Positions 27,121 through 35,963 of a DNA stretch of 53,613 nt are shown here, piece after piece. Positions within the stretch are counted from its first letter, which is position 1, and the number at the start of each line of letters is the position of its first letter. The translations under genes and the position numbers were made by a program. The stretch is from Candidatus Micrarchaeota archaeon (lineage in GTDB: Archaea; Micrarchaeota; Micrarchaeia; Norongarragalinales; SBBD01): assembly GCA_038046605.1 (NCBI GenBank), contig JBBSVW010000043.1, forward strand, positions 1 through 53,613, written 5' to 3'. The notes below the pieces were generated by a model. That model was given only the letters and a program-made list of their open reading frames with translations, was not told the DNA's origin and did no database searches.

Positions 27121-27822
27121 ATGCCAAGCGAGAACGAAAAGCTGCATAAGGATATTGCCGTCCATTTGGGGCCAAAGGGCGCAAAAGGCATGCATCCAAA
27201 CGCAGCGCTACGCCTAAACGAATGGTATTTGGGATCGGAAAATGAGCCGGGGCTAATTGGCAAACTCGATGAAATAACCGATGAAAAAAGCCTGGTGCCT
27301 GCTTCCAGGCTGCCTACGCAACTGGGAATTCCCTTAAGGCTCATTAAGGAGATGGGCATAACTGCAAGCACGATAAAAAGGGGAAAGGGGGGTTGGCCAA
27401 ATCAAATTATTAAAAACCTTGTCCAGGCAAAAGGCGCAATGATCAACCATGAGGAATTATTGATTGCAGCCCGGGGTATCATCGAAGCTGGATTGGCGCC
27501 GGATAAAAAACCAGATCCGTTGGCTGCCGCAAACCTAAATGCCGCATTGCATTATAGGTACAGAACCACTGTCCCGGAAATAATGCCATTAAAGCACAAG
27601 CGGGCGCTTATCCTGGGCTCCATCATGCACGGCAGGGAACCCGTATCTTTCAAAGAGCTTTGGAGGGAATACCATAAACAGGAAATTGTTGCAAAGATGG
27701 GACTTGCTTTTGAAAATGAAAAATTATTCCACGATGAGCTAAGGAATCTCGAAGGCGGGGTGCCATATGCTAAAATGATGCAATTGGAAAGGGGAAATAA
27801 AACATGGATTACGCATTCATAG
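27121..27822 (+). CDS. Hypothetical protein (paralog of the previous gene)
   Basis: ATG lies 1 nt after the upstream stop; shared sequence blocks. Confidence 0.72.
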   Translation: MPSENEKLHKDIAVHLGPKGAKGMHPNAALRLNEWYLGSENEPGLIGKLDEITDEKSLVPASRLPTQLGIPLRLIKEMGITASTIKRGKGGWPNQIIKNLVQAKGAMINHEELLIAARGIIEAGLAPDKKPDPLAAANLNAALHYRYRTTVPEIMPLKHKRALILGSIMHGREPVSFKELWREYHKQEIVAKMGLAFENEKLFHDELRNLEGGVPYAKMMQLERGNKTWITHS

Positions 27823-28793
27823 GAAAGGCATTCTTGCAGGTGCTACTTGTAGGCATTGCAGGCTACTTTGCAGGGAAGCTGCTTTTTTGGTTCGTTGCAA
27901 ACATTGCAAGGAAGGCAACTGCAAAAACCAAATCAACGCTCGATGACCTTTTGATGGATTACGTGCAATCGCCCCTAAAGGCGGTTATGGTAATCCTCTT
28001 TATTTACGTCTTTTCCGGATATTTGGCGGATCTTAATTACCTGCAATCGGTAATGACCAGGTATTCGTTTGCAATCCTTGTTTTGATCGGATCATATGTG
28101 CTCTCGGAAGCAGTTGGCGCCTCCTTAAGATGGTATTACCTGGAGGGAAGCCAGAAAAGCAAGTTCAAGATGGATGTTACACTTATCCCATTCCTTAGGA
28201 AAATTACACGCATCATCATACTTCTCGGAGGGCTGATTGCGGCGCTTTCAACAATTGGTTTTGATGTAAGCGGCCTGCTCACCCTAACAAGCATCCTTGT
28301 GCTCATTTTGGGACTTGCCTCGCAGGAATCGCTTGCGAATATTTTTGCGGGCCTTGCTTTGCAGCTCGATAGGCCCTATATTTATGGGGAGTATTTACGG
28401 TTCCCAACCGGGGAAGTTGCGATGCTGCAAAAAATAGGCCTTCGAAGCAGCAAGCTTGCAGATTTGAGTGGAAATATCATGGTTATTTCCAACAGCGAGC
28501 TTGCAAAGCAGCGGGTTGTGAACCTATCCCGGCCATCGCAGGGCTTTGAGGCAAAATTCGACCTGTCCCTCCCCGTTAAGGCGGATCTTGGAGAGTTTGA
28601 AAAATTCATAATAAAGCAAATTGAGGGGGCGAAGATACAGGGGATAAAGCAGGATTCGGGCAAGGTTTTGGTCCAGAAGGTGGATAATGACAAATATAAT
28701 TTGCAGGTGAGCGTCTACATCACGCATTACCAGAACTTTGAAGCTGCCAAGGATTTCATTAATAGGAAGGCGCTCGAGTTCATAAGGAAATGA
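27804..28793 (+). CDS. mscS: Small-conductance mechanosensitive channel
   Basis: LGLASQESLANIFAGLAL.LDRPY..GE and IGLRSS...ISNS motifs after TM helices. Confidence 0.92.
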   Translation: MDYAFIGKAFLQVLLVGIAGYFAGKLLFWFVANIARKATAKTKSTLDDLLMDYVQSPLKAVMVILFIYVFSGYLADLNYLQSVMTRYSFAILVLIGSYVLSEAVGASLRWYYLEGSQKSKFKMDVTLIPFLRKITRIIILLGGLIAALSTIGFDVSGLLTLTSILVLILGLASQESLANIFAGLALQLDRPYIYGEYLRFPTGEVAMLQKIGLRSSKLADLSGNIMVISNSELAKQRVVNLSRPSQGFEAKFDLSLPVKADLGEFEKFIIKQIEGAKIQGIKQDSGKVLVQKVDNDKYNLQVSVYITHYQNFEAAKDFINRKALEFIRK

Positions 28794-28845
28794 GCCCTAG
28801 GCTACCTTTTTTATTACCAATAAGCCATATTCCTTCCCAATTTAT

Positions 28846-29053
28846 GCAGGGATGCCGGAGCTCGGTCAAACGGGATAGACTCAAGGGACCTCTTTTCTTT
28901 CAAAGAAAAGACCTCCACGAGAAAAGAAGCGCTCATGAAAAATCTTTGATTTTACATTCGCGCAGCAGCTTAGCTGTTCTTTCTTTTGCGGAGCAATCGC
29001 TGAGAGATCTATTAGCCTCAGGGCTTGCGTGGGTTCAAATCCCTCTCCCTGCA
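28846..29053 (+). tRNA. tRNA-Leu(CAA) with a 121-nt intron at 37/38; CCA not encoded
   Basis: Acceptor stem GCAGGGA/TCCCTGC plus discriminator A; anticodon arm ATAGA-CT-CAA-G|A-TCTAT; long variable arm; GGGTTCAAATCCC T-arm. Confidence 0.95.
28886..29006 (+). other. tRNA-Leu intron (121 nt)
   Basis: Central helix CTCA/TGAG with bulges AG|G and AG|A; intron-side helix is weak (relaxed BHB). Confidence 0.9.
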
Positions 29054-30233
29054 TTGTCTCCACGTCTCAGAGCACTAGCCATCTTGGCACGTTTGTGCTG
29101 AATTTGGCACTAAACCCAATTAGACCCTTCCACGCTTCCGCAAACCCCTAACCGGAACAGTTCTCTGTTTATTTCGGTATATACTTAAAGTCCAGCATTA
29201 CGAAATTAATCTTTCCGGACTTCGGATCAAATCTTTCCACAAGGAGATTCGTCAGCGCCTCCTCATGCTTGATAGTTGAATTTATACGGTATCTCTTGTA
29301 TAATTGTATTTGCGCATCCAAGGCCAGGCGTCCGATTACCTCTTTATGCTCTGGATGCTCCTCCTGAACCTCCCTGACTGTTTTCAGCCCGGAAACGTCC
29401 TCCATGACTATAGGCCAGTAGCTCGCGCCTGAAGGGTGTATGCCTTGCAAGGAGAAAATTGGTTGCGGGGTTCTTATGGATATTTGCCTGCCTAATTTTA
29501 TCCCTCTGCTGAACTTAACCAACGAATCTAATTCGTGAAGCGGGCCAGACTTCATGAACAACTGCCTACCGCCGATGTTTGCAATAAAGCGCGTTTTTCC
29601 ACTATGGGCGACAATGCGCGCTCTCCAATTTGCCATGTTAACTAGATCAGACCAGTTTTCGGCTGCAAACTCGAATTCGTTTTTGGGAATGAATAGGTCT
29701 TCGTGCGTTGCTTTTCCTAAAAAAGCTCTGCGGACTTGCGGGCTTAACAGACCCCCGCCCTTTACGACCTTGACTAAACTAGAGCTATCCGAATGGACTT
29801 CAGTTCCTTCGCCGAATAGGTTAGCTGCACGGGTTTGAAATCTTAGCCGAACCAATCGTTCCTCAATCGCATGCCGTTGCCTTAGGGCGAATTCCCGAAT
29901 TCCTTTCGGCAAAATGCGCATCATGCTTTACATCAGCTAGGCTTGAAATAATAAACCCTACATGCCGGATTTTCTCCAACTCGGGATCCTGCTAACTTAT
30001 TCTCCTTCCTCGCTTCCGCAATCGCCCATTTTAGGCGCCCTCCGGACTCATCACTTCCTCGGAAACGCCCTCTGCCCAGAGCGTTATAATCTCAATCAAT
30101 CAACGAGCCTGCTCTCGTCAATGTACGAGGCGGTGCAGAGCTTATAAACGTCAAATGCAACATTGTAGTGCGTGAAAGGGCATTTCTATGAGGGTTCTGC
30201 TCTGAGACGAGGTCTCCCCTTGCTCTCCCTGCA
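29054..30233. mobile_element. Cassette A inserted at the tRNA-Leu 3' end (no integrase)
   Basis: Bounded by direct repeat CTCTCCCTGCA (29043-29053 and 30223-30233); sub-terminal inverted repeat CCACGTCTCAGAGCA (29060-29074) / TGCTCTGAGACGAGG (30198-30212), 14/15 match. Confidence 0.7.
29169..29924 (-). CDS. Orphan protein with protein-kinase-like (Kdo/RIO/APH-style) C-terminal motifs
   Basis: LFMK, IRTPQPI, IVMEDV, NLLV and VMLDF in kinase-fold order; the HxD catalytic loop is not canonical. Confidence 0.55.
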   Translation of the reverse strand: MMRILPKGIREFALRQRHAIEERLVRLRFQTRAANLFGEGTEVHSDSSSLVKVVKGGGLLSPQVRRAFLGKATHEDLFIPKNEFEFAAENWSDLVNMANWRARIVAHSGKTRFIANIGGRQLFMKSGPLHELDSLVKFSRGIKLGRQISIRTPQPIFSLQGIHPSGASYWPIVMEDVSGLKTVREVQEEHPEHKEVIGRLALDAQIQLYKRYRINSTIKHEEALTNLLVERFDPKSGKINFVMLDFKYIPK

Positions 30234-30277
30234 CTCCTATTGCGTCTGAGTGTGTACCCGAATCAAACCTACTCAAT

Positions 30278-31696
30278 TCACCCGTTTTCCGTTTTGGCGT
30301 CGAATAACTGCCGCATATCCTTGATGTCGAGAGTTAGGCACCCGAGTTCTTCCGCCTTTTTCTTGCAACTGGGTTCGAAGCCGTTCTTGCTGACCAAAAT
30401 AAAACGCCGTTTGCCCCCCTTGTTGACGAGTTCAGATTTTTTCAATAGCGCATCCAGCACTTCAACGCCCATTTGCTTGTTCGTCCATTTTACCTCCCCT
30501 AGCAGGAGCTCGTTTTTTCCATCGATCACCAAGTCAATTTCGTTCCCCTTCCGGTCCCACCATGCGCCCATCTTCTCAAAATCAAGCTTTACTCCCTTGA
30601 TTTCCTCCCCGTTGTATAGGATGAACAGTTCCCGTATGACGTCTTCGACGCACATTCCGATATGGGACGGAAGGTTTTCCCGGATGTCCTTGAGCGGGGC
30701 CTTAATGTTTTCGATCTCAAGGCTGGAGGAATGGGGGAGGATGAACGAATACCAGAACTTGAAAAAGTTATCCTTAAGCTCGTACCTCCCGAGGTTTTTC
30801 TTTCCGAACATCGGCTGCCTGCGCTCCACGAGGGCGAGCAATTCCTGCAATCCGTTCAGGTATGGGGGAAGGGTAGTGCGTTGTATTCCTACAACATCGC
30901 AAATCTCCTTCAGGCTCCGTTTGCCCTTGCCTATGGCGTAAAGCAGCGAGTTGTACCGTGCGATGACCTTAAGCTCGAATTCCAGGAGATTTTTAGGCTC
31001 TTCCCTTAGTGGCGCTTGTTTCGTCAAGACTTCTTCAATGATCGCCTCTTCAAGGTGCTTGTGCTTTTTAGCCAGTTCAAGGTAATACGGTGTTCCTCCG
31101 AACACGGAATGCCACGCGATCTTTTCCTCCTCGCTCTTGCCTGGGAACATTTCCCTGAAATCAATGTACCTGAAGGGGGCAAGCTGTATTTGCGCGGTCT
31201 TCCTGCCATAGAGGGCGCCGTGCGGGCTTATTGCAATCCTTTTCATCATTCCAATCGAGGAACCAACGAGAATCAACATCAAGGATGCGTTTTTCAGGCC
31301 GGAGTCCCATTGGTTTTGAAGCTCCGTGATGAAGCTTGGTGAGATCGTCTTGAGCCGCTGGAACTCGTCAATAACTACGACGGTTTTCCTTCCTTCGGAG
31401 GAAGCCTTGAGGTAAGAAAAGAAATCCTTCCAGGCAGCAATTGCAATGGTTTCCTTCCATTGCTCGAAAATGTCCCTTGCCATGAACTGCTTAAGCTCCT
31501 GCTCACCTTGGATGTTTATGTATAGGTAGAGTGATTTTGCATCTACCTTGTTGGTATCGAGGAATTTACGGATGAGGCTTGTCTTGCCAAGCCGCCTGCG
31601 TCCATAAAAGATTATCAGCTCCCCTGCCTTCAAGGATTTGAGCTTGTCGGAAAAAAATGCCAGTTCCCTGTGCCTGTCGTAAAATTCTCCCGTCAT
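30278..31696 (-). CDS. Archaeal P-loop ATPase with wHTH and C-terminal PD-(D/E)XK domain (DUF234-like)
   Basis: FYDR..EL, YGRRRLGKT, VVIDEFQ, GGTPYYL, DNFFKFW and WWDRKGNEIDLV...GEVKW motifs. Confidence 0.9.
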   Translation of the reverse strand: MTGEFYDRHRELAFFSDKLKSLKAGELIIFYGRRRLGKTSLIRKFLDTNKVDAKSLYLYINIQGEQELKQFMARDIFEQWKETIAIAAWKDFFSYLKASSEGRKTVVVIDEFQRLKTISPSFITELQNQWDSGLKNASLMLILVGSSIGMMKRIAISPHGALYGRKTAQIQLAPFRYIDFREMFPGKSEEEKIAWHSVFGGTPYYLELAKKHKHLEEAIIEEVLTKQAPLREEPKNLLEFELKVIARYNSLLYAIGKGKRSLKEICDVVGIQRTTLPPYLNGLQELLALVERRQPMFGKKNLGRYELKDNFFKFWYSFILPHSSSLEIENIKAPLKDIRENLPSHIGMCVEDVIRELFILYNGEEIKGVKLDFEKMGAWWDRKGNEIDLVIDGKNELLLGEVKWTNKQMGVEVLDALLKKSELVNKGGKRRFILVSKNGFEPSCKKKAEELGCLTLDIKDMRQLFDAKTENG

Positions 31697-31833
31697 ATTT
31701 ACACCATATTATTTCAATAATACTGGTTGTATTATTCATATAATACTATTTAAATGTTGCGGCAATGAAGCGATTTCCTAGGAATCGCCCTTCGCTTAAG
31801 TTATGCAAAACAGCCATGCGAGCGACCGAAAAC

Positions 31834-31864
31834 CTTATATATTTTGTATTACGAAACTATCGTA
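31834..31864 (+). promoter_or_regulatory. Putative TATA box and operator-like palindrome for the AbiE pair
   Basis: CTTATATA followed by TACGA-N5-TCGTA (31850-31864); AbiEi proteins are known autorepressors. Confidence 0.35.
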
Positions 31865-31880
31865 TAAAGGCAGTATCGTT

Positions 31881-32687
31881 ATGCAAAAAATAAGGAGCCT
31901 CGGCCGGATGGAGTTGCGGCTGATATTCGAGCTGGAGCATCGGAAGGACCAGGTGTTCAGCATAGCGGACGCCAAGCGCATCCTTAATTCTTCAGATTTT
32001 TCCGTATGGAATGTGTTAAAGCGCTTGATGAAAAAGAAGCGGGTGATTCGTTTGCAGAGGGGAGCATACCTTTTTGCGCCTTTGCGAAGCGGAGAAGAAG
32101 GGCTTTGGTCGGAAGATGCATTCCGCGTGGTTCCTTCGCTAGTGAATGGAAAAGAGTACTATATCGGGTTTGTTTCGGCAATGAATCATTGGGGAATGAC
32201 TGAACAGCTGCCAGTTGTGGTATACGTGGCATTACAGAGGCAAAAACGCGGGTTGGAAGCAGTGCAGGCAAAGTTCGTTTTCGTAAAAAAGAAGCATTTG
32301 GGCGAATTCGTTTCTGTTTCGTACGGCGATATGCCCGTCAACGTTTCTTCAATAGAACAAACGATACTGGACGGGCTGTCCTTCCCTGAGTACTGCCTGG
32401 GCGTTGCTGGCATTGCCAAGGCCATTTGGGTCACTCGAAAAAAAATAGATTGGCAAAAACTGCTTTTGCTTGCAAAGAACGATAAGGGCGCAGTACGGCA
32501 ACGCTTGGGGTATTTGCTGGAATTGCTTGAGCTCAAGAAATACGCCAGGAAGCTGGAAGGCAAGTTTGCAGGATACGCATGGCTTGACCCCACCGCACAA
32601 AAAAAAGAGTTCAAGTACGACAAGAAATGGGGGCTTAAAATAAACGAAGAAGAACGTAAGCTGCTCGAATTCCAAGAGGGATACTGA
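31881..32687 (+). CDS. AbiEi-family type IV antitoxin / transcriptional regulator
   Basis: N-terminal wHTH (RL.KK..VIRLQRGAY), YYIGF.SAMNHWGMTEQLP, SS.EQTILD and RLGYLLE motifs. Confidence 0.88.
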   Translation: MQKIRSLGRMELRLIFELEHRKDQVFSIADAKRILNSSDFSVWNVLKRLMKKKRVIRLQRGAYLFAPLRSGEEGLWSEDAFRVVPSLVNGKEYYIGFVSAMNHWGMTEQLPVVVYVALQRQKRGLEAVQAKFVFVKKKHLGEFVSVSYGDMPVNVSSIEQTILDGLSFPEYCLGVAGIAKAIWVTRKKIDWQKLLLLAKNDKGAVRQRLGYLLELLELKKYARKLEGKFAGYAWLDPTAQKKEFKYDKKWGLKINEEERKLLEFQEGY

Positions 32688-33439
32688 TGGATGCGCAAGA
32701 ATTGAACCACCGGTCGATAATCGCGGGCGTTCCCCGTGCTATTATCGAGAAGGACTTTGCGCTATCGGTAGTGCTCTTGGCAATTTCTGAATCCAAGCTC
32801 GTGGAAAGTATAGTCTTCAAGGGAGGCACTGCACTAAAGAAGATTTATTTTCCAGAAGCGAGGTTTTCCGAAGATTTGGATTTTGCGGCCTCGGATATCG
32901 GCGAGGGCAAGATATTGAAGGAACTGAAAACGCTATTCGAAGGCAGGGAATTGAACGGCGTCAAGTTTGGCGTGTTGGAAAAGGAAAAGACGCGCGCGGG
33001 GCTCCGTATTGCTCTGAAGTTCACTTCCATCCTTGGCCAGCCGCAGAGAATCCGCTTCGATTTCAGCTTCCGCGAAAACCTTGCGCTCACGCCAGAAGAG
33101 AAAGCTGTTGTGGACAACTATAGCTTGGGTGAAGCAAAACTGCTCGTTCTGCCACTTGAAGAGTTATTCGCCGAAAAAATCCATGCGCTCTTTTCGAGGA
33201 CTGCTGCACGAGACTTATACGACGTTTGGTATCTGTTCAAATGCGGAGTCAAGACGGAAAGGAAGCTCATTGACAGGAAATTCGCCTATTATAAAGAAAA
33301 GTTCGAGCTTTCGAAGCTCAAAGATGAAATCGAATCTTTCCGGCAGGACTGGAAGCGGGACCTTACTCAGTTCATGAAAAACGTCCCGGAGTTCGATCCG
33401 GTGGTACGCGAAGTCGATGGAAAATTGAGGGGGTTGTGA
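32687..33439 (+). CDS. AbiEii-family nucleotidyltransferase toxin
   Basis: IEKDF, VFKGGTALKK, RFSEDLDF, AEKIHAL and ARDLYD motifs; TGATG coupling to the antitoxin. Confidence 0.93.
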   Translation: MDAQELNHRSIIAGVPRAIIEKDFALSVVLLAISESKLVESIVFKGGTALKKIYFPEARFSEDLDFAASDIGEGKILKELKTLFEGRELNGVKFGVLEKEKTRAGLRIALKFTSILGQPQRIRFDFSFRENLALTPEEKAVVDNYSLGEAKLLVLPLEELFAEKIHALFSRTAARDLYDVWYLFKCGVKTERKLIDRKFAYYKEKFELSKLKDEIESFRQDWKRDLTQFMKNVPEFDPVVREVDGKLRGL

Positions 33440-33726
33440 TGGGGGATAAGAAGCCTGCAAGGTTCAAAGCTGTTGCAAATTGGTATTTTGGGAATTTCTG
33501 TGCGATGCGCTGCCTCCGTGAACCAGAAGATCTGGGGCGCCTTGAATGCCACGAGAAGATACTCGCCCTCGCAAATGAAAGGAAGGAAGAACTAATCACC
33601 CACAAGGAATTTCTGCGGCTGGTTAGGGAAGAACTCAAAATATGCGATAGGGGTAATTTCAAGAAGCGGGAAGCCATTGACTGCCCCATATGTACGGCAA
33701 CTGATATTCCTCAAAGAAAATGGTGA
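33439..33726 (+). CDS. Small Cys-containing hypothetical protein
   Basis: CAMRC and CPIC motifs; TGATG coupling to abiEii. Confidence 0.55.
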   Translation: MGDKKPARFKAVANWYFGNFCAMRCLREPEDLGRLECHEKILALANERKEELITHKEFLRLVREELKICDRGNFKKREAIDCPICTATDIPQRKW

Positions 33727-33730
33727 GAGA

Positions 33731-34732
33731 ATGCATTTACTAACACTGGCCGGCGTAACTTTGGAAGACATAGGTAAGCTGGTGGATTCAAAGATATTCC
33801 AGCGCGGTGTCGAATACTTCAAAGAAGGCGCGGTCCTGAATCCAGTGATTGATGGCAATCAAATAAGCGCAGAAGTAGAGGGTTCATCCAGCAGCAATTA
33901 CAGGACATCGGCAAAGCTTGTTGAAGGGAAGCTGAAAGGTGAGTGCGACTGTCCGTATGATTGGGGGGTATGCAAACACATTATTGCACTTCTGTTGCAC
34001 TGGATAAAAAGGAGGGATGAGTTCGAAGATGTTGGCAAAAAGGTGACTGAAATCGAAAATATGCAAAATTCCGATCTGGTAAAGATTGTGAAAACGCTTG
34101 CAAAAGAGGAGCCGCAGATATTTTCTCAAATGCTTGACTTGGCACTTCCGCATAAAGCGCAGCGCAATGCAAAAGCAAGGGATTACTCACAACAGATTAA
34201 ACGGGCAATCGAACGCGGAGCGGACTGGAGCGAAATGAACGGACTCTTGCGGCAATTGCGGGCTATTCGCAAACGCATTCTGGTATGGAGAAAAACTGGC
34301 GAGTATGATTACGTGGCTACCCAGCTTTTTGACGTTGTGCAGGCAGTATTAGAGAGCTATGGCCGCTGTGATGATTCTTCTGGAAACCTCTCCGTTTTTC
34401 ATGACGAATGCTTAGAGGAAATTTTGAAGAACTGGGAGGAATTGAATGAAAAAACTAAGGCCAAATTACTTATTGCCGCATGGGAAAGACTGTGTTCTGA
34501 TGAATACGGTTTTGAGGATACCCTAGAGATTTTCATTGAAAGGGTTTGTAAAGGACAATTTGAGCGTGAAGTGCTCAAAAAGCCCATAATAAATACGATC
34601 GTTAAGTTTGAGGAAGCGGGTGCAAAAAAGGCAAAAAATTCACATAGAGCGTACGAGTACAAAAGAGTGCTGCAATTGGCGAAAAGATTTGGGTATATCA
34701 ACAAACAGGGGGTTTATGTTAATAGGGATTGA
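33731..34732 (+). CDS. SWIM zinc-finger protein
   Basis: IFQRG.EYF..G.V and CDCPY...CKHI.ALLL motifs, then a helical C-terminal region. Confidence 0.88.
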   Translation: MHLLTLAGVTLEDIGKLVDSKIFQRGVEYFKEGAVLNPVIDGNQISAEVEGSSSSNYRTSAKLVEGKLKGECDCPYDWGVCKHIIALLLHWIKRRDEFEDVGKKVTEIENMQNSDLVKIVKTLAKEEPQIFSQMLDLALPHKAQRNAKARDYSQQIKRAIERGADWSEMNGLLRQLRAIRKRILVWRKTGEYDYVATQLFDVVQAVLESYGRCDDSSGNLSVFHDECLEEILKNWEELNEKTKAKLLIAAWERLCSDEYGFEDTLEIFIERVCKGQFEREVLKKPIINTIVKFEEAGAKKAKNSHRAYEYKRVLQLAKRFGYINKQGVYVNRD

Positions 34733-34849
34733 AGAATTATATTTCCGCGGAAACGACCGGTGCTCCGAAAGTCAGACTTAAGTATTATCCTTGAGCTGCT
34801 CTCCCTGCATCTTGTTTTATCCTATAGTCTTGTTAATGCTCCCGGTTGG

Positions 34850-35110
34850 TCATTTGAACGACTTGTACCATTTTTCGTATTCCTTGTGGAGGGCAAAGCA
34901 ACGAATTATATAAATTGTCCCCATCTTTACCTCGTAGACTAGCCTTGCCTGCCTAGTCACCTCCTCGACAAAAAAAGGCACCCCAAAGCGCATATGGCGC
35001 CTAGGGAGCTCTCCGCTTATTTTTTCAACATGCTTTATGAAAAAACGCCTAAGGGTAATTTCCATTGCCCCCAAATCTGATCCGGACACCTCAGTGAAAA
35101 CAACACGCAT
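34850..35110 (-). CDS. RelE/ParE-like toxin (divergent)
   Basis: 86 aa; RLVYE...IYIIRCF..HKEYEKWY; downstream of an RHH antitoxin. Confidence 0.62.
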   Translation of the reverse strand: MRVVFTEVSGSDLGAMEITLRRFFIKHVEKISGELPRRHMRFGVPFFVEEVTRQARLVYEVKMGTIYIIRCFALHKEYEKWYKSFK

Positions 35111-35116
35111 ACAAAA

Positions 35117-35353
35117 TCACTTTAGGTATTTGGCTTTTATTTTCTCAAACGGGATGGTTTTCATTTTCCCGCTCTCGATTAGCCCCATCTCCTGCTCAAC
35201 GGCCTTGCGCACAAGGAAAACCTCCTCCTCGTCAACCTGCCGTTCATAGGCAACCAATGCCTGCCGGATGATTTCAGTCTGGTTTCCGGCGTACCCTTTC
35301 TCAATTAGCCGCTCAATCAAGGATTCATATGGCGTACCCAAATTCACGTTCAT
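35117..35353 (-). CDS. Ribbon-helix-helix antitoxin (ParD/CopG-like)
   Basis: MNVNL...LI..LIEKGY..NQTEIIRQAL pattern. Confidence 0.72.
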   Translation of the reverse strand: MNVNLGTPYESLIERLIEKGYAGNQTEIIRQALVAYERQVDEEEVFLVRKAVEQEMGLIESGKMKTIPFEKIKAKYLK

Positions 35354-35469
35354 CTCCCCCACCTCCACTGCTCATCTAATGGGCATACAAGTATATAATC
35401 ATTGCGCATAGCTAGAGTAGAATATCATAAATGGAGTGCCCATTAACCATTGGGAGTTCGCCCCGCGCC

Positions 35470-35724
35470 CTATTGCCTCTTGTAAACCCTTTTCCGGTGG
35501 CCTATCAAGGTGACTTCTATTCGTTTTAAATTGTGGTCGATGTCAGCAATTAGTCTGTAATCGCCAACTCGCAACTTAAAATCGCTTCTTCCTTCCAACC
35601 CTTCGAAAAAATGCCTAGGATTTTCCTTGGCTGCGGCTAGCTTTTGGAATATCCTGCCCCTTATTTCATGCGGGAGGCTTTCAAGGTACTCTATTGCTTT
35701 CCTATCAAAATTCAGCTCATACAT
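35470..35724 (-). CDS. relE: RelE/StbE-family toxin
   Basis: MYEL.F.RKA..YL..L and FKLRVGDYRLI...IGHRKRVY motifs. Confidence 0.9.
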   Translation of the reverse strand: MYELNFDRKAIEYLESLPHEIRGRIFQKLAAAKENPRHFFEGLEGRSDFKLRVGDYRLIADIDHNLKRIEVTLIGHRKRVYKRQ

Positions 35725-35963
35725 TACAAGCCCAGCCTTTTCCTAGCCTCCGATTCAGTAATGAACGCGCCATCTTTTATGCGTTTCCTTGCCTCCTCAA
35801 TTCGGATGACTGCCTCTTTTGAGAGTTCTGGCCTATCCTTTGCAGTTTCAGCAATGCTGACAAGTTTCATTACAACTTCATCGTAGCTCTCGTTCCTATA
35901 TTCCCTAAACCCATCAAGGCGGGATTTGGTGTTTTTCCTGATTCGAATAGTCCCTATTTCCAT
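35724..35963 (-). CDS. Antitoxin paired with relE
   Basis: TIRI..NTK.RL......ESYDEVV..L N-terminus; TAATG coupling to relE. Confidence 0.8.
   Translation of the reverse strand: MEIGTIRIRKNTKSRLDGFREYRNESYDEVVMKLVSIAETAKDRPELSKEAVIRIEEARKRIKDGAFITESEARKRLGL

Larger units (their letters stand above)
30234..34809. mobile_element. Cassette B, defence-type cargo, second tandem insertion at the tRNA-Leu 3' end (no integrase)
   Basis: Bounded by TGCTCTCCCTGCA at 30221-30233 and 34797-34809; contains whole genes only. Confidence 0.68.

Noticed and set aside
28886-29006. Box C/D guide RNA in the tRNA intron
   Set aside because: CTGA at 29000-29003 is explained by the BHB helix. There is no RTGATGA box C and no evident guide complementarity.
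29962-30150. Integrase remnant in cassette A
   Set aside because: Minus-strand fragments look like decayed coding sequence but show no tyrosine or serine recombinase motif.
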